From: an uncultured Verrucomicrobiae bacterium
GTDB taxonomy: Bacteria > Verrucomicrobiota > Verrucomicrobiia > Palsa-1439
Assembly (NCBI GenBank): GCA_963812605.1
Contig: CAWEWF010000002.1
Span: 64,001-128,000 of the forward strand
DNA: 64,000 nucleotides
Reading direction: 5' to 3'
Under the pieces are notes generated by a model. It was not told where the DNA came from. It saw only the letters and a program-made list of their open reading frames with translations, and did no database searches. Below, in pieces: positions 42,649 to 52,667 of this stretch. How positions within the stretch are numbered: position 1 is the stretch's first letter; every line of letters begins with the position of its first letter. The translations under genes and the position numbers were made by a program.

Positions 42649-45431
42649 CTAGTTGAATGCAGCAACTTCGTAGTAATACGTCGTTGACGGGTCCAGACCT
42701 GTGTCCGTGTAGGTGGTCACGTTCGCACCCACGCTGCCAACGACACTCCACGGCCCGCCAGCCGATGTCGCCCGCGAGATTTGAAATCCGGTTTCGTTGT
42801 TCGAGTTATTCTGCCAGTCGAGTGTGATGTATGTGGGTGTCACAACCGTCGTAGCCAGATTGGAGGGCGCCGCGGGATTTCCGGGCGCTGACGCAACGGT
42901 TGTCGCACAGGTTTCGGGACTCGCCGATGAGTTGTTTCCCGCGTTATCGAAAGCGACAATCGTGTAGCAATATGACGTGCCGGCCGCCAAACCGCTGTCG
43001 GTGTAGCTGGTCGCCGTCGTCGTCGTCACCAAGGCGCCGTTACGGTAGACTTGGTAACCCGCCAGACCCGAACCGCCGGAATCGGTCGAGGCATGCCAGC
43101 TCACACTGACTTGGGACGTTGAAGTGGCTGTCGCGATGATCCCGCTTGGGATGGAGGGCGCGATCGTGTCGGCAAGCGCCGGGGTGGTGGCACTGGTGAC
43201 GCTCGAGAAGGCGGAATTGCCGGAGGCATTGTAGGCGCAGACCCGATAAAAATAGGTCGTTGCGGCGGTAAGTCCTGTGTGAGCGCAGGACGTCACGTTG
43301 GCGCCCACGATGCCGATTTGCGTCCAAGGGCCGTTGGAACTATTGGCGCGTTGGACAATAAATCCGCTTTCGTTGTTGGAATTATCGTTCCAGGTGAGGT
43401 TGATCTGGCTCGAAGAAGCGGCGAGGGCCACCAGCCCAGAGGGCGCCGCGGGGACTGTCCCGAGTGTGGCCGCACATGCCTGGCTACTTGGGGCCGAGAT
43501 GTTCCCCGCGTTGTCGGATGCGGAAACAGTAAAACAATACGACGTGATCGGCGAAAGTCCCGTCGCCGTGTAGCTCGCTGTCGTCACGGTGGCCACATGT
43601 GTACCGTTGCAATACACCTGATAGCCGGCTCACGCCGGAACCGCCGATATCCGTCGACGCAACCCAACTCAGGTTCACTTGATTGCTGGAAAAGGCCGTC
43701 GCAGTCAATCCGGACGGGATCGTGGGAGCAACGGTGTCCGCCTCTGACAGAGTGGCGCCTTTCGCGACATTTGAATAGGGCGAATTCCCTACGGTATTGT
43801 AAGCGTGAACGCGGAAGTAGTAGGTGCTTAGCCCGCTGAGCCCTGACTGCGTGTAAGTGGTTACATTCGACCCTACGGTGGCGATTGCCGTCCATGGGCC
43901 GATTGCGGCGGGCGCAGTTTCGACAACGAACCCGGCTTCATTATTGGAGTTGTTCTTCCAACTCAAACTGATTTGTGTGTCGGAAGTCCCGGCTGCCACC
44001 AGCGTGGTCGGTGCCAGGGGTGATGCGGCCAGCGTTGTGGCGCAAGCCTGGCCGCTTGGGGCGGACACGTTGTCCGCATTGTCATAGGCGGCCACTGTCA
44101 CGCAGTATTGCGCGCTGGCCGTCAGATTCGTCCAAGAGTAGCTGGTGGCGGTCGTCGTGGCAAACTGGACGCCGTTCGTATAGAGGCGGTAGCCACCCAT
44201 GCCGGACCCGCCCGTGTCGGTGGACGCGCTCCAGGAAATATTGATTTGGTCCGAAGCGGGCGCCACGGTGGTGAGTCCACCCGGTACAGACGGCGGGATG
44301 TTATCCGTCTTGACCGAGGTCTTTTTGCTCGCGTTGTTCGAATAGCCCGAGTACCCCTTTTTGTTGTAGGCGCGGAGACGATAATAATACATCGTCGAGC
44401 CGGACAACCCCGTGTCCGCATACGTCGTTGTCGAATTGGTCACACCGACAGGGGTCCATGGCCCGGTGGGTGTCGGGCTCCGCTCAACCTTGACGCCGGC
44501 GGCGCCTGGTGTGGTGTAGGACCAGACCAGGTCCACCGTATTGAAAGTGTTCGTCGGGGCGGTGAGATTCGCTGGAGCCGCCAGTTGAGGCCCTTTGTTT
44601 TTTGGCACACCGTAATTATAGAGAAGCACGCTATTCGTCTGGTTGCAGCTGCTGGCCGTGACCTGAAGTATGTCGGCATCCGGGCCCATGGTCACGCAAA
44701 AATCAGTCGCGCTCGTCATGTCGGGAGTTCCCATGACCGGCACATCCGTCGGATCACCGCCCACACGATTAACCGACACATTCACGGACCCACACGAAGG
44801 ATCGCTGGGAGGATTCAGGACGTTCACGTGAAAGCAAACCGTATCGCCCGCATAATGCAATACCATCGTACTGGATTCTGACTTCGCTGACCAGGACCAG
44901 CGGATCGGAGAACGGGAGAGTCGGCACAAGCTCCTTCAGTTGCTGGCCCATGATTACCGCTTTCAACATCCCTTTCAGGGCCGCCGAGTCCGTGACGCCG
45001 GAATTGTCCACCTCAGACTTCGTCTTTAGAAGCTGGGCTTGGAAGCGGAAAACTTCTTTTTGGAACGTCCTCCCCCTGTTCCCCAGTCCGACGGTCATCT
45101 CGGGCGACTGTACCGCTGCCACGAGGCTGTCAGCCAGAGCGAGGGTCAAACCGAGCTGCGTTGACCCGATGGTCCGGCTCGATTGCGCCACGCTCACTGA
45201 CGCTTCCGTCAGACTGTCCAACAGCGGGCATAATTGCGCTTCAATCTCCCCGGCCCCATTGGTGACGGTGTCCGCGCGGACCACTACGGCCGCCAATATA
45301 TTGAGAACGATCAGAAGTGAAAGCAAACCGCGGTGATGAAAACAGCTTCTCAGAAACGACGTTCTGACGCTCGCATCGACAGCCACAGCAACTTTCGACA
45401 ACCCTTGAAAACGAACTCTTGTTCCCTGCAT
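42649..45431 (-). CDS. Large exported fibronectin type III repeat protein, split by frameshifts near 44878 and 43630
   Basis: About seven FN3 repeats (W..NSNNE.GF, ASTD.GGSG..GY.VY.NG, Y.Y.V.AYN) across ORFs 43484..44929 and 42649..43617; removing one base at about 43630 restores GGSGVAGYQVYCNG; N-terminal hydrophobic segment in the 44769..45530 frame. Confidence 0.75.
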
Positions 45432-45436
45432 CACAA

Positions 45437-45469
45437 ATTCCCTGATTGATTCCCTGATTGATTCCCTGA
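45437..45469. repeat. 12-bp tandem repeat ATTCCCTGATTG x2.75
   Basis: attccctgattg attccctgattg attccctga read directly, just upstream of the ATG at 45431 (-). Confidence 0.85.
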
Positions 45470-45869
45470 ACTCGCAGATGGGACAAACGCAAGCGGTGTG
45501 CCAGCACCCTGCCGGCGCCGGGCGATTCACTCAATTCGGCGTGGAATTCGCGGAGGATAGTACCCATTTTCAGGTAATTTTTCGCAAACACAGTCTACCT
45601 GTATTCCAGTAATTTACTGGCTTGCAAGGCAATACAACTTTGCGGCTCATATTCTCGCATTCGTCAGTGCTGCTACTTTTTTTGAGGATCATTCCTTGGG
45701 AAAACTTGCAAACGCTCTCACGCGCGACAATCGAACGCAAAACCGGTGGCAACTTTCTTTCCACCCCTGAAAACTTTCGCGGCATCTTGCCGGCGAGAAC
45801 CGACGAGGGTCGTCGCCCCACCCTTGCCAAACGCAATCGCTTCCACTATCCTGTGCGTTCCGTGCTCCC

Positions 45870-46841
45870 ATGAGTTACGTCAAGCTTGCAAAAACTGTCT
45901 TCGACATTGAAATCGACGGCCTGCGCCGCACGCGCGCCCGTCTCGACCAGAGCTTCTCCCGGGCCGTCGAGGCCATCGTGAAGTGCCTCCGCAACCGCGG
46001 CAAAGTGATCGTGACCGGGGTCGGCAAGTCCGGCAACATTGGCCACAAGATCGCCGCCACGCTCACCAGCACCGGCGCCGCCAGCGTGCTCCTGAACTCC
46101 GTGGACGCCCTGCATGGCGACCTCGGCATCATCAATGACGGGGATTGCGTCCTGGCCCTCAGCTATTCGGGCGAAACCGAGGAGCTGAGCCGCATTCTGC
46201 CGGCGATCAAGCGCTTTGACGTGACAATCATCTCCATGACCGCGCACGCCAAATCCAGTCTCGCGCGCCATAGCGACATCGTGCTGAATGTGTACGTGCG
46301 CAAGGAAGCCTGCCCGTTCAACCTCGCCCCGACCTCCAGCACCACGGCCATGCTCGCCCTGGGCGACGCCCTCGCCATGTGCGTGCTGAACGCCCGCGGT
46401 TTCAAGAAGTCCGACTACGCCCGCTTGCACCCAGCCGGGGCCATCGGGCGCACGATGCTGGTGCAGATCAAGGACATTATGCGGACGGGCAATCGCAACG
46501 CCGTCATCGCGGATTACCGCAGCGTAAAGGACGCACTACTCGCGATGACCAAGGCGAAGTCGGGTACGATCAGCGTCGTGGACAAGCAGGGGCGCGTCGC
46601 CGGGGTTTTCACAGACGGAGATTTTCGCCGCCACATCGCCCGCGACCCCGCGGTGCTCCAGGTGCCGATCCACCGAGTGATGACGCCGAACCCGGTCACG
46701 ATCCGCCAGGACGCGCTGGCTATGGAAGCCCTGAAGATTTTCGAGCAGCGGCAAATCGACGATCTAATTGTTGTCGATGGAAAAAAGCACCCCGTGGGCA
46801 TCGTCGATTCGCAGGACCTGCCGAAATTTAAACTACTGTAA
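45870..46841 (+). CDS. kdsD: Arabinose-5-phosphate isomerase (KdsD/KpsF/GutQ; SIS plus CBS domains)
   Basis: TGVGKSG.IG.KIAAT, HGDLG, SYSGET.E, EACPFNLAPTSST, HPAG, FTDGD.RR. Confidence 0.92.
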   Translation: MSYVKLAKTVFDIEIDGLRRTRARLDQSFSRAVEAIVKCLRNRGKVIVTGVGKSGNIGHKIAATLTSTGAASVLLNSVDALHGDLGIINDGDCVLALSYSGETEELSRILPAIKRFDVTIISMTAHAKSSLARHSDIVLNVYVRKEACPFNLAPTSSTTAMLALGDALAMCVLNARGFKKSDYARLHPAGAIGRTMLVQIKDIMRTGNRNAVIADYRSVKDALLAMTKAKSGTISVVDKQGRVAGVFTDGDFRRHIARDPAVLQVPIHRVMTPNPVTIRQDALAMEALKIFEQRQIDDLIVVDGKKHPVGIVDSQDLPKFKLL

Positions 46842-46859
46842 CCGAGAGGACACACCACC

Positions 46860-47417
46860 ATGCCGTCAGCCAACGATCTCCGAAAAGGAATGGCCGTCAA
46901 GTACAACAACGACATTTGCGTCGTGCTGGACATGCAACACCGCACGCCGGGCAACCTGCGCGCGTTCGTCCAGGCCACCTTGCGCAGCCTGAAAACGGGC
47001 AAGTCCTCCACCGTCCGCTTTACCTCCACCGAGTCAATCGTCGTGGTTTCCAAAAACACCAGGCCCGTGGACTTCAGTTACAAGGATCAGGCCGGCTATC
47101 ATTTCATGGACCCGGAAACGTACGAGACCATCACACTTAATGATGAATTCATCGGTGACTCCAAGAACTACCTCACGGAAAATCTGCGCTGCACCCTGAC
47201 CGAAGTCGAAGGCAAGATTGCCGAGCTCGAACTCCCGCCCGCCGTCGATCTCAAAGTCCTCGAAGCCCCGCCCGGCATCCGCGGCGACACCGCCACCAAC
47301 GTCACCAAACCCGCCAAGGTCGAAACCGGCATCGAAGTCGCCGTCCCCATCTTCATCAACCCCGGCGACAGCATCCGCGTCGACACCCGTACCGGCAAGT
47401 ACTTGAACCGGGTGTAA
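46860..47417 (+). CDS. efp: Translation elongation factor P
   Basis: ANDLRKGM, HRTPGNLRAFVQ, FMDPETYE, PGIRGDTA, KPA..ETG, VPIFI..GD.IRVDTRTG.Y. Confidence 0.95.
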   Translation: MPSANDLRKGMAVKYNNDICVVLDMQHRTPGNLRAFVQATLRSLKTGKSSTVRFTSTESIVVVSKNTRPVDFSYKDQAGYHFMDPETYETITLNDEFIGDSKNYLTENLRCTLTEVEGKIAELELPPAVDLKVLEAPPGIRGDTATNVTKPAKVETGIEVAVPIFINPGDSIRVDTRTGKYLNRV

Positions 47418-47442
47418 GCCGCATAGATTTCATGCGCGCTAT

Positions 47443-48009
47443 ATGTATGTTTTTACAGCCGTCCTCCTTGCCACCGCCAGTGGCTGCGTTCACTATCATC
47501 CTGCCCCGACAGATACGACTAATGTTTCACACGATAATCTGCATCGGCTTGTAGGACAAACAATCACGCTACGCGGAAATTTTTCATTGCGCGGCAAGTT
47601 CGGCCCATACATTCTTGTTAACAGCGGGCCGGTCTACCTTCAACCAACAGGTTCATTTACTTGGGGTCGGTCGTGGGCAGATATGGAGGGTAGGATGGTC
47701 AAAGTGACAGGCGTACTTCACTTTTCTCCGCTTGATGCTCAACGGAGCGGAGGCCACACTGTGGCTGGTTCTATGCCGAACAGGAGTTGGTCAACCTCCT
47801 CGACGACTTCGCCACAAGAAAGGGGCTCCGGCAAAACCCGTAACCCCCTTTCTCGGACTGACCTTTTAGTCAATTCTTCTTGCCGTGCAGCACCGCTTCA
47901 AGGCATTCTGATGATAACCGTGTTTGGCAGCATAGAAGCCGTCTTGGAAAACCAATTATCTACAACCACCACGACACAGCGTGCCACCAGACGCTGCTAC
48001 AGTCCCTGA
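47443..48009 (+). CDS. Hypothetical lipoprotein-like ORF; C-terminal half doubtful
   Basis: Lipobox-like LLATASGC; lower GC than neighbours; LVGQTITLRG and MEGRMVKVTGVL resemble OB-fold strands. Confidence 0.4.
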   Translation: MYVFTAVLLATASGCVHYHPAPTDTTNVSHDNLHRLVGQTITLRGNFSLRGKFGPYILVNSGPVYLQPTGSFTWGRSWADMEGRMVKVTGVLHFSPLDAQRSGGHTVAGSMPNRSWSTSSTTSPQERGSGKTRNPLSRTDLLVNSSCRAAPLQGILMITVFGSIEAVLENQLSTTTTTQRATRRCYSP

Positions 48010-48141
48010 CGCTTGCCGAATCTGCCGACTGTTCCTTTTGCGCATTGCGCACTTACTCCTTACGCTCTGAAACCTGCTACCCTAGCGTACAAAATAGACC
48101 GCCTCCCGCTATTGTCAATCAGTAGGATAAACGCCAACATC

Positions 48142-48170
48142 AAAGCGGCGACAAGTCGCCGCACTCCAAA
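48142..48170 (-). repeat. GGAG-type REP-like palindrome just after the xerC stop
   Basis: Minus strand TTGGAGT-GCGGCGAC-TT-GTCGCCGC-TTT; perfect 8-bp stem at 48145-48162. Confidence 0.7.
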
Positions 48171-48171
48171 A

Positions 48172-49062
48172 CTAGGCCCGCGGATGCGCCTTCTCGTAGA
48201 CCTTCTTCAAGCGCTCGGGCGTGATGTGCGTGTAGATTTGCGTGGTGGAAAGATTGGCGTGGCCCAGAAGTTCCTGCACGCTGCGTAAATCGGCGCCGGC
48301 ATCGAGCATGTGCGTCGCGAAACTGTGACGGAGCTTGTGCGGTGTCAGCGATGGGTCGAGCCCGGCGGCAAGCAGATACTTCTTTAGCATGCGCTGCATA
48401 CTACGCGCCGTCATGCGTCCTCCGAATCGATTCACAAATAGCGGCCCGCGCGCGCTGCGCGCGCGCACTTCGAGGTATTTCTGCAGGGTTTCAATAGCCG
48501 GCCCGCCGAGCGCGGCCAATCGCTCCTTCTTGCCCTTGCCGCGAACGCGAACAACTTCGCCGAGCACATCCATGTCATCATCGTTGAGCTGGACGAGTTC
48601 GTGAATGCGCAGCCCCGCGCTGTACAACGTTTCCAGAATCGCCTTGTCACGCCACGCGGCCAGCTTGTTTTTCGCGTTTTCCTTCAATGGCGCTTCGAGC
48701 AGCGCCTCCACCTGCTGGATCGTCAGGAATTTCGGGAGTTTCCGCGCCTTTTTCGGAAGGGTCAGTCCCACCAAGGGATTCAGTTTCACGCGCTCGGTGC
48801 GCACAAGCCATTTGAAGAAACTGCGGAGCGCGGACATCTTGAGATGGATTGTGGCGCGATCGAATTGGCGCTCCGTGAGGTGGACCAGATAGCCGCGCAA
48901 ATGGAACGAATCAACCGGCACCCACGCGCACGATTGTTTGTACTTCCCCTCGAACCACGCGGCAAATGCCGCGATGTCGGCGGAGTAATTGCGGATGGTC
49001 AGCGGAGAAGCGTCGCGTTCGGCCCGCAGGTAATCGAGAAACCCGTCAACCAGCGAGTCCGT
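48172..49062 (-). CDS. xerC: Tyrosine recombinase XerC/XerD-like
   Basis: SALRSFFK, RDKAILETLYSAGLR..EL, GKGKKER, TPHKLRHSFATH, DLRSVQELLGH..LSTTQIYTH, HPRA; follows topA; start appears to be ACG. Confidence 0.9.
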   Translation of the reverse strand, partial: TDSLVDGFLDYLRAERDASPLTIRNYSADIAAFAAWFEGKYKQSCAWVPVDSFHLRGYLVHLTERQFDRATIHLKMSALRSFFKWLVRTERVKLNPLVGLTLPKKARKLPKFLTIQQVEALLEAPLKENAKNKLAAWRDKAILETLYSAGLRIHELVQLNDDDMDVLGEVVRVRGKGKKERLAALGGPAIETLQKYLEVRARSARGPLFVNRFGGRMTARSMQRMLKKYLLAAGLDPSLTPHKLRHSFATHMLDAGADLRSVQELLGHANLSTTQIYTHITPERLKKVYEKAHPRA

Positions 49063-51491
49063 TACGCCTCTGCCGGCGCCAGTTTTTTGATGTTCTTGCA
49101 CTTCGGATAGGCCGAACAGCCGAGGAATTCGCCGAAACGACCGCGCCGCTTCGCCATGGGCGCGCCGCACTTCTCGCACTTCTCGTCGGTCAGCACGGGT
49201 TCTTCCTTGGGCGGGGGCGGGGGCGCTTTGTCTTTCAATTCATCGGGCAGCGTTTTGGCGTTGCGACATTTCGGATAGCCGGAACAAGCCAGGAATGGTC
49301 CGCGGCGGCTGTTGCGGATCAACATAGGCAAGCCGCACTTCTCACATTTCACATCGGTCGTCACCGGCGCGGGCTTCTCGATGACCGTGATCTTGCCCGC
49401 GGCATCGCGCGTGAACGATTTCGCGTTCTTGCATTCGGGATAGCCCGAGCAGGCGAGAAACTCGCCCCGTTTTCCCGCTTTGATGACCATCGGCGAACCG
49501 CATTTCTCGCACTTGATGCCTGTCTCTTCCTTTTCCACGATCTGAATGCTCCCATCTTCGCCGCGTTTGAAGTTCTTCGTGTTCTTGCATTTCGGGTACG
49601 CCGAACAGGCAATGAATTCGCCGTTCTTGCCAGGACGGGTCACCAACATTTCGCCGCAAAGCTCGCACTTGATGCCGATCGGAACGGGTTTCGGCCGCAC
49701 ATCTTCCATGTTCTCGCTCGCGGCCTTCAGGGTCGGCTCGAAATCCTTGTAGAATTCGCCGAGCATCTCTTGCCACCCGACCTTGCCCTCTTCAATCTCG
49801 TCGAGCAACTCCTCCATATGCGCCGTGAACTGCACATCGAGCAATTTCGTGAAATGCTTCACCAGCACGTCGGTCGTGATTTCGCCGAGTTGCGTCGGCG
49901 CCAGGCGGCCCTTCTCCTTGCTGACGTAATGCCGCTTCTGGACCGTGGCAATCGTCGGCGCATAGGTGCTCGGGCGTCCAATCCCGAGTTCTTCCAGCGC
50001 TTTGACCAATGTCGCCTCGCTGAAACGCGGCGGCGGCTCGGTAAAATGTTGCGCGGGGAGGAGCTTGACCAAATGCAGCCGCTCGCTCTCACTCAACGGC
50101 GGCAGCTTCTTGTTCTCTTCTTCCTCCGACGGTTTCTCCGGCTCCGCCTTCTTCTCAGCCTCTTCCTCGACTCCGTAAATCTTCAGCCAGCCCGCGAACA
50201 CCACCTCGGTCGCCGTCGCGCGAAACAGGAAGTACTTCGGATCGTGTCGCGCATCGATATCAATGCTGGTCACCTTCATCTCCGCGGGTGTCATCTGGCT
50301 GGCGACAAACCGGTCCCAAATCAATTTATAGAGGCGAAACTGGTCGTGATCGAGATACATCCGCAGGCTCTCCGGCGTCCGCCGCGCTGACGAGGGACGA
50401 ACCGCCTCGTGTGCGCCTTGGGCATCCTTCTTTGACTTGTAGAGGTTTGGCGTCGCCGGCGCATAGTCGGGGCCGATGGTTTCTCGGATAAACGCCAGCG
50501 CTTCGTCCTGCGCTTCTTTCGAAATGTTGAAGGAGTCGGTACGCATGTAGGTGATCAAACCGACCGCGCCCTCCGCGCCGATCTCCACGCCTTCGTACAG
50601 CTGCTGGGCCACAATCATCGTCTTGGTGGTACCCATGCCGAGGGCCTTCGACGCGGACTGTTGCAACGTGCTCGTCGTGAACGGCGGCGCCGCGCTGCGC
50701 TTCTTCGATTTGATGTCGATTTTGGCGACCTTGTACTCACACTGCTTTAGATCGGTCAGGATGGCGTCCGCCTGTTCCTTGCCATCAATGATCATGACAT
50801 CAGCCTTGGCCTCGCCGTTGGGCGACCGGACCTTCTTGTCACCCACCTGGATCAAGCGCGCCAGGAAATGGTCCTTCGGGTCCACGAGCTTCCGCAGTTC
50901 GGCCTCAACCGACCAATACTCCTGGGGCTTGAACGCGCGGATCTCCCGCTCGCGCTCCACCACCAGCCGCACCGCGACGGATTGTACGCGCCCGGCGCTC
51001 AAGCCGCGCGCAACACGCTTGTTCAAAAGAGGCGAAATCTTGTAACCCACGATGCGATCCAGGATGCGCCGCGCCTGCTGGGAATCGACCAGCTTCATGT
51101 CCACCTGACCGGGATGATCGAAGGCGGCGCGCACGGCGTTCTTGGTGATTTCGTTGAACTGGACGCGGAAGAACGTGGGGCCGTTCTTCTTGCTCTTCAG
51201 GATTTCCCACAAATGCCAGGCAATCGCCTCGCCTTCACGATCAGGGTCGGTCGCCAGGTAAACGTGCTCCGCACCCTCCGCGGTCTTCTGCAGTTCGGTG
51301 ACCAGCGCCTTCCGCTTGGCGGAAACCTGGTACGTGGGCTTGAAATCCTTCTCGATCTCGACGCCGAATTTGCGTTCGGGCAAATCGCGGACATGGCCCA
51401 TGGAGGCCTTCACGCTGAAGTCCGACCCCAAATACTTGTTGATCGTCTTCGCCTTCGCGGGTGATTCAACGATGACCAGTTTTTTTGCCAT
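49062..51491 (-). CDS. topA: DNA topoisomerase I (type IA) with four C-terminal zinc ribbons
   Basis: LVIVESPAKAKTI, ATDPDREGEAI, SAGRVQS, ITYMRTDS, GIGRPSTY, repeated CxxC...C..YP.C. Confidence 0.97.
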   Translation of the reverse strand: MAKKLVIVESPAKAKTINKYLGSDFSVKASMGHVRDLPERKFGVEIEKDFKPTYQVSAKRKALVTELQKTAEGAEHVYLATDPDREGEAIAWHLWEILKSKKNGPTFFRVQFNEITKNAVRAAFDHPGQVDMKLVDSQQARRILDRIVGYKISPLLNKRVARGLSAGRVQSVAVRLVVEREREIRAFKPQEYWSVEAELRKLVDPKDHFLARLIQVGDKKVRSPNGEAKADVMIIDGKEQADAILTDLKQCEYKVAKIDIKSKKRSAAPPFTTSTLQQSASKALGMGTTKTMIVAQQLYEGVEIGAEGAVGLITYMRTDSFNISKEAQDEALAFIRETIGPDYAPATPNLYKSKKDAQGAHEAVRPSSARRTPESLRMYLDHDQFRLYKLIWDRFVASQMTPAEMKVTSIDIDARHDPKYFLFRATATEVVFAGWLKIYGVEEEAEKKAEPEKPSEEEENKKLPPLSESERLHLVKLLPAQHFTEPPPRFSEATLVKALEELGIGRPSTYAPTIATVQKRHYVSKEKGRLAPTQLGEITTDVLVKHFTKLLDVQFTAHMEELLDEIEEGKVGWQEMLGEFYKDFEPTLKAASENMEDVRPKPVPIGIKCELCGEMLVTRPGKNGEFIACSAYPKCKNTKNFKRGEDGSIQIVEKEETGIKCEKCGSPMVIKAGKRGEFLACSGYPECKNAKSFTRDAAGKITVIEKPAPVTTDVKCEKCGLPMLIRNSRRGPFLACSGYPKCRNAKTLPDELKDKAPPPPPKEEPVLTDEKCEKCGAPMAKRRGRFGEFLGCSAYPKCKNIKKLAPAEA

Positions 51492-51502
51492 GCTTTTTTT
51501 TC

Positions 51503-52648
51503 TTACGGCCCGAAGGCCGCGCTGCGCACGTACTGCTTGCCGGGAAGCTGGCGGACGAGCCGTTTCATCTCCAGCGCCAACAACGTGGCGGAAACACACG
51601 CCGTTGTCAAACCGCTGGCCCGAATGATCTCGTCAATGGCAACCTCCTCGTTGCCGATCTGCGCCATCACTTTCTCCTCTGTCTCACTCAGTTGCAAAGC
51701 AGGTTTGATACCCCCACCCTCCACGCCAGCTTTCGCGGACTCCGTGGCCGTTTTCGGTAGCAGGTACTCAAATTCACCGAGGATATCCTCCACATCCTCG
51801 GTCAATTTTGCGCCGTCCTTGATCAATTTGTTCGCCCCCCTGGACAAAATTGAATCCGCCCGGCCCGGCACCGCAAACACCTGCCGCCCCTGTTCCCCCG
51901 CCTGATTCGCCGTAATCAATGCCCCGCTCTTCAAGTTTGCCTCCACCACTACGACGCCCAGCGACCAGCCGCTGATGATGCGGTTCCGCATCGGGAAATT
52001 CTGGCGGTCCGGCTGCACGCCGAACGGAAACTCCGTCACCACCGCCCCGCCCTTCTCCACAATCTCATCGGCCAGCTTCTTGTTCTCCGCGGGATAGACC
52101 ACGTCGATTCCACAACCGATTACGGCCACTGTCCGCCCCTTCGCTTGCAGCGCGCCATTATGCGCCGCAGTATCGATTCCGCGCGCCAGCCCGCTCACGA
52201 CCGTCACCCCGACCCGCGCCAACTGAAAGGCCAATTTCCGCGCCATTTCCTGCCCGTAAAGCGACGTGCGCCTCGACCCGACCACCGCAATCGCCAGCGC
52301 ATCGCGCTCCGTCAGCGCTCCCTTCACGTACAACACGAGCGGCGGGTCGTAAATCTCCCGCAAGTTCTTCGGGTATTCCGCGTCGTCCCGGCTGACGACG
52401 CGCACGCCGGACTTTTCAATCCGTTGCAACTCCGCCTCGAGATCCACTTTTTCCCGCCAACCGGTGATGCTCCGCGCGACTTCTTCGCCCACGCCCTCCA
52501 CCTGCATCAACTCGGTTTTCGACGCCGCCAGGATCGCCTGCGGCTCGCCAAATCGGTCCCGCAACGCGCGGACACGAATCGGCCCGACGCCATCGACCAT
52601 GTTGAGGGCAATGTATGCTTCGCGCGAAGTCATACGCGCTTCCGCCAC
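51503..52648 (-). CDS. dprA: DNA-processing protein DprA/Smf
   Basis: AVVGSR, VSGLARGID..AH, FPMRNRIISG, VEA..KSGALIT, C-terminal winged helix; start may instead be ATG 52633. Confidence 0.95.
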   Translation of the reverse strand: MAEARMTSREAYIALNMVDGVGPIRVRALRDRFGEPQAILAASKTELMQVEGVGEEVARSITGWREKVDLEAELQRIEKSGVRVVSRDDAEYPKNLREIYDPPLVLYVKGALTERDALAIAVVGSRRTSLYGQEMARKLAFQLARVGVTVVSGLARGIDTAAHNGALQAKGRTVAVIGCGIDVVYPAENKKLADEIVEKGGAVVTEFPFGVQPDRQNFPMRNRIISGWSLGVVVVEANLKSGALITANQAGEQGRQVFAVPGRADSILSRGANKLIKDGAKLTEDVEDILGEFEYLLPKTATESAKAGVEGGGIKPALQLSETEEKVMAQIGNEEVAIDEIIRASGLTTACVSATLLALEMKRLVRQLPGKQYVRSAAFGP

Positions 52649-52667
52649 CCGAGAGACCGCGACCTGT

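Noticed and set aside
42649-44600. Periodic repeats as a CRISPR array
   Set aside because: They are diverged coding FN3 repeats, not identical repeats with spacers; no cas genes are present.
48172-49062. Tyrosine recombinase as a prophage or island integrase
   Set aside because: The dprA-topA-xerC context and HPRA ending indicate housekeeping Xer; no att site, tRNA or phage genes are adjacent.
49062-49700. Repeated Cys motifs at the topA 3' end
   Set aside because: Ordinary topoisomerase IA zinc-ribbon repeats.
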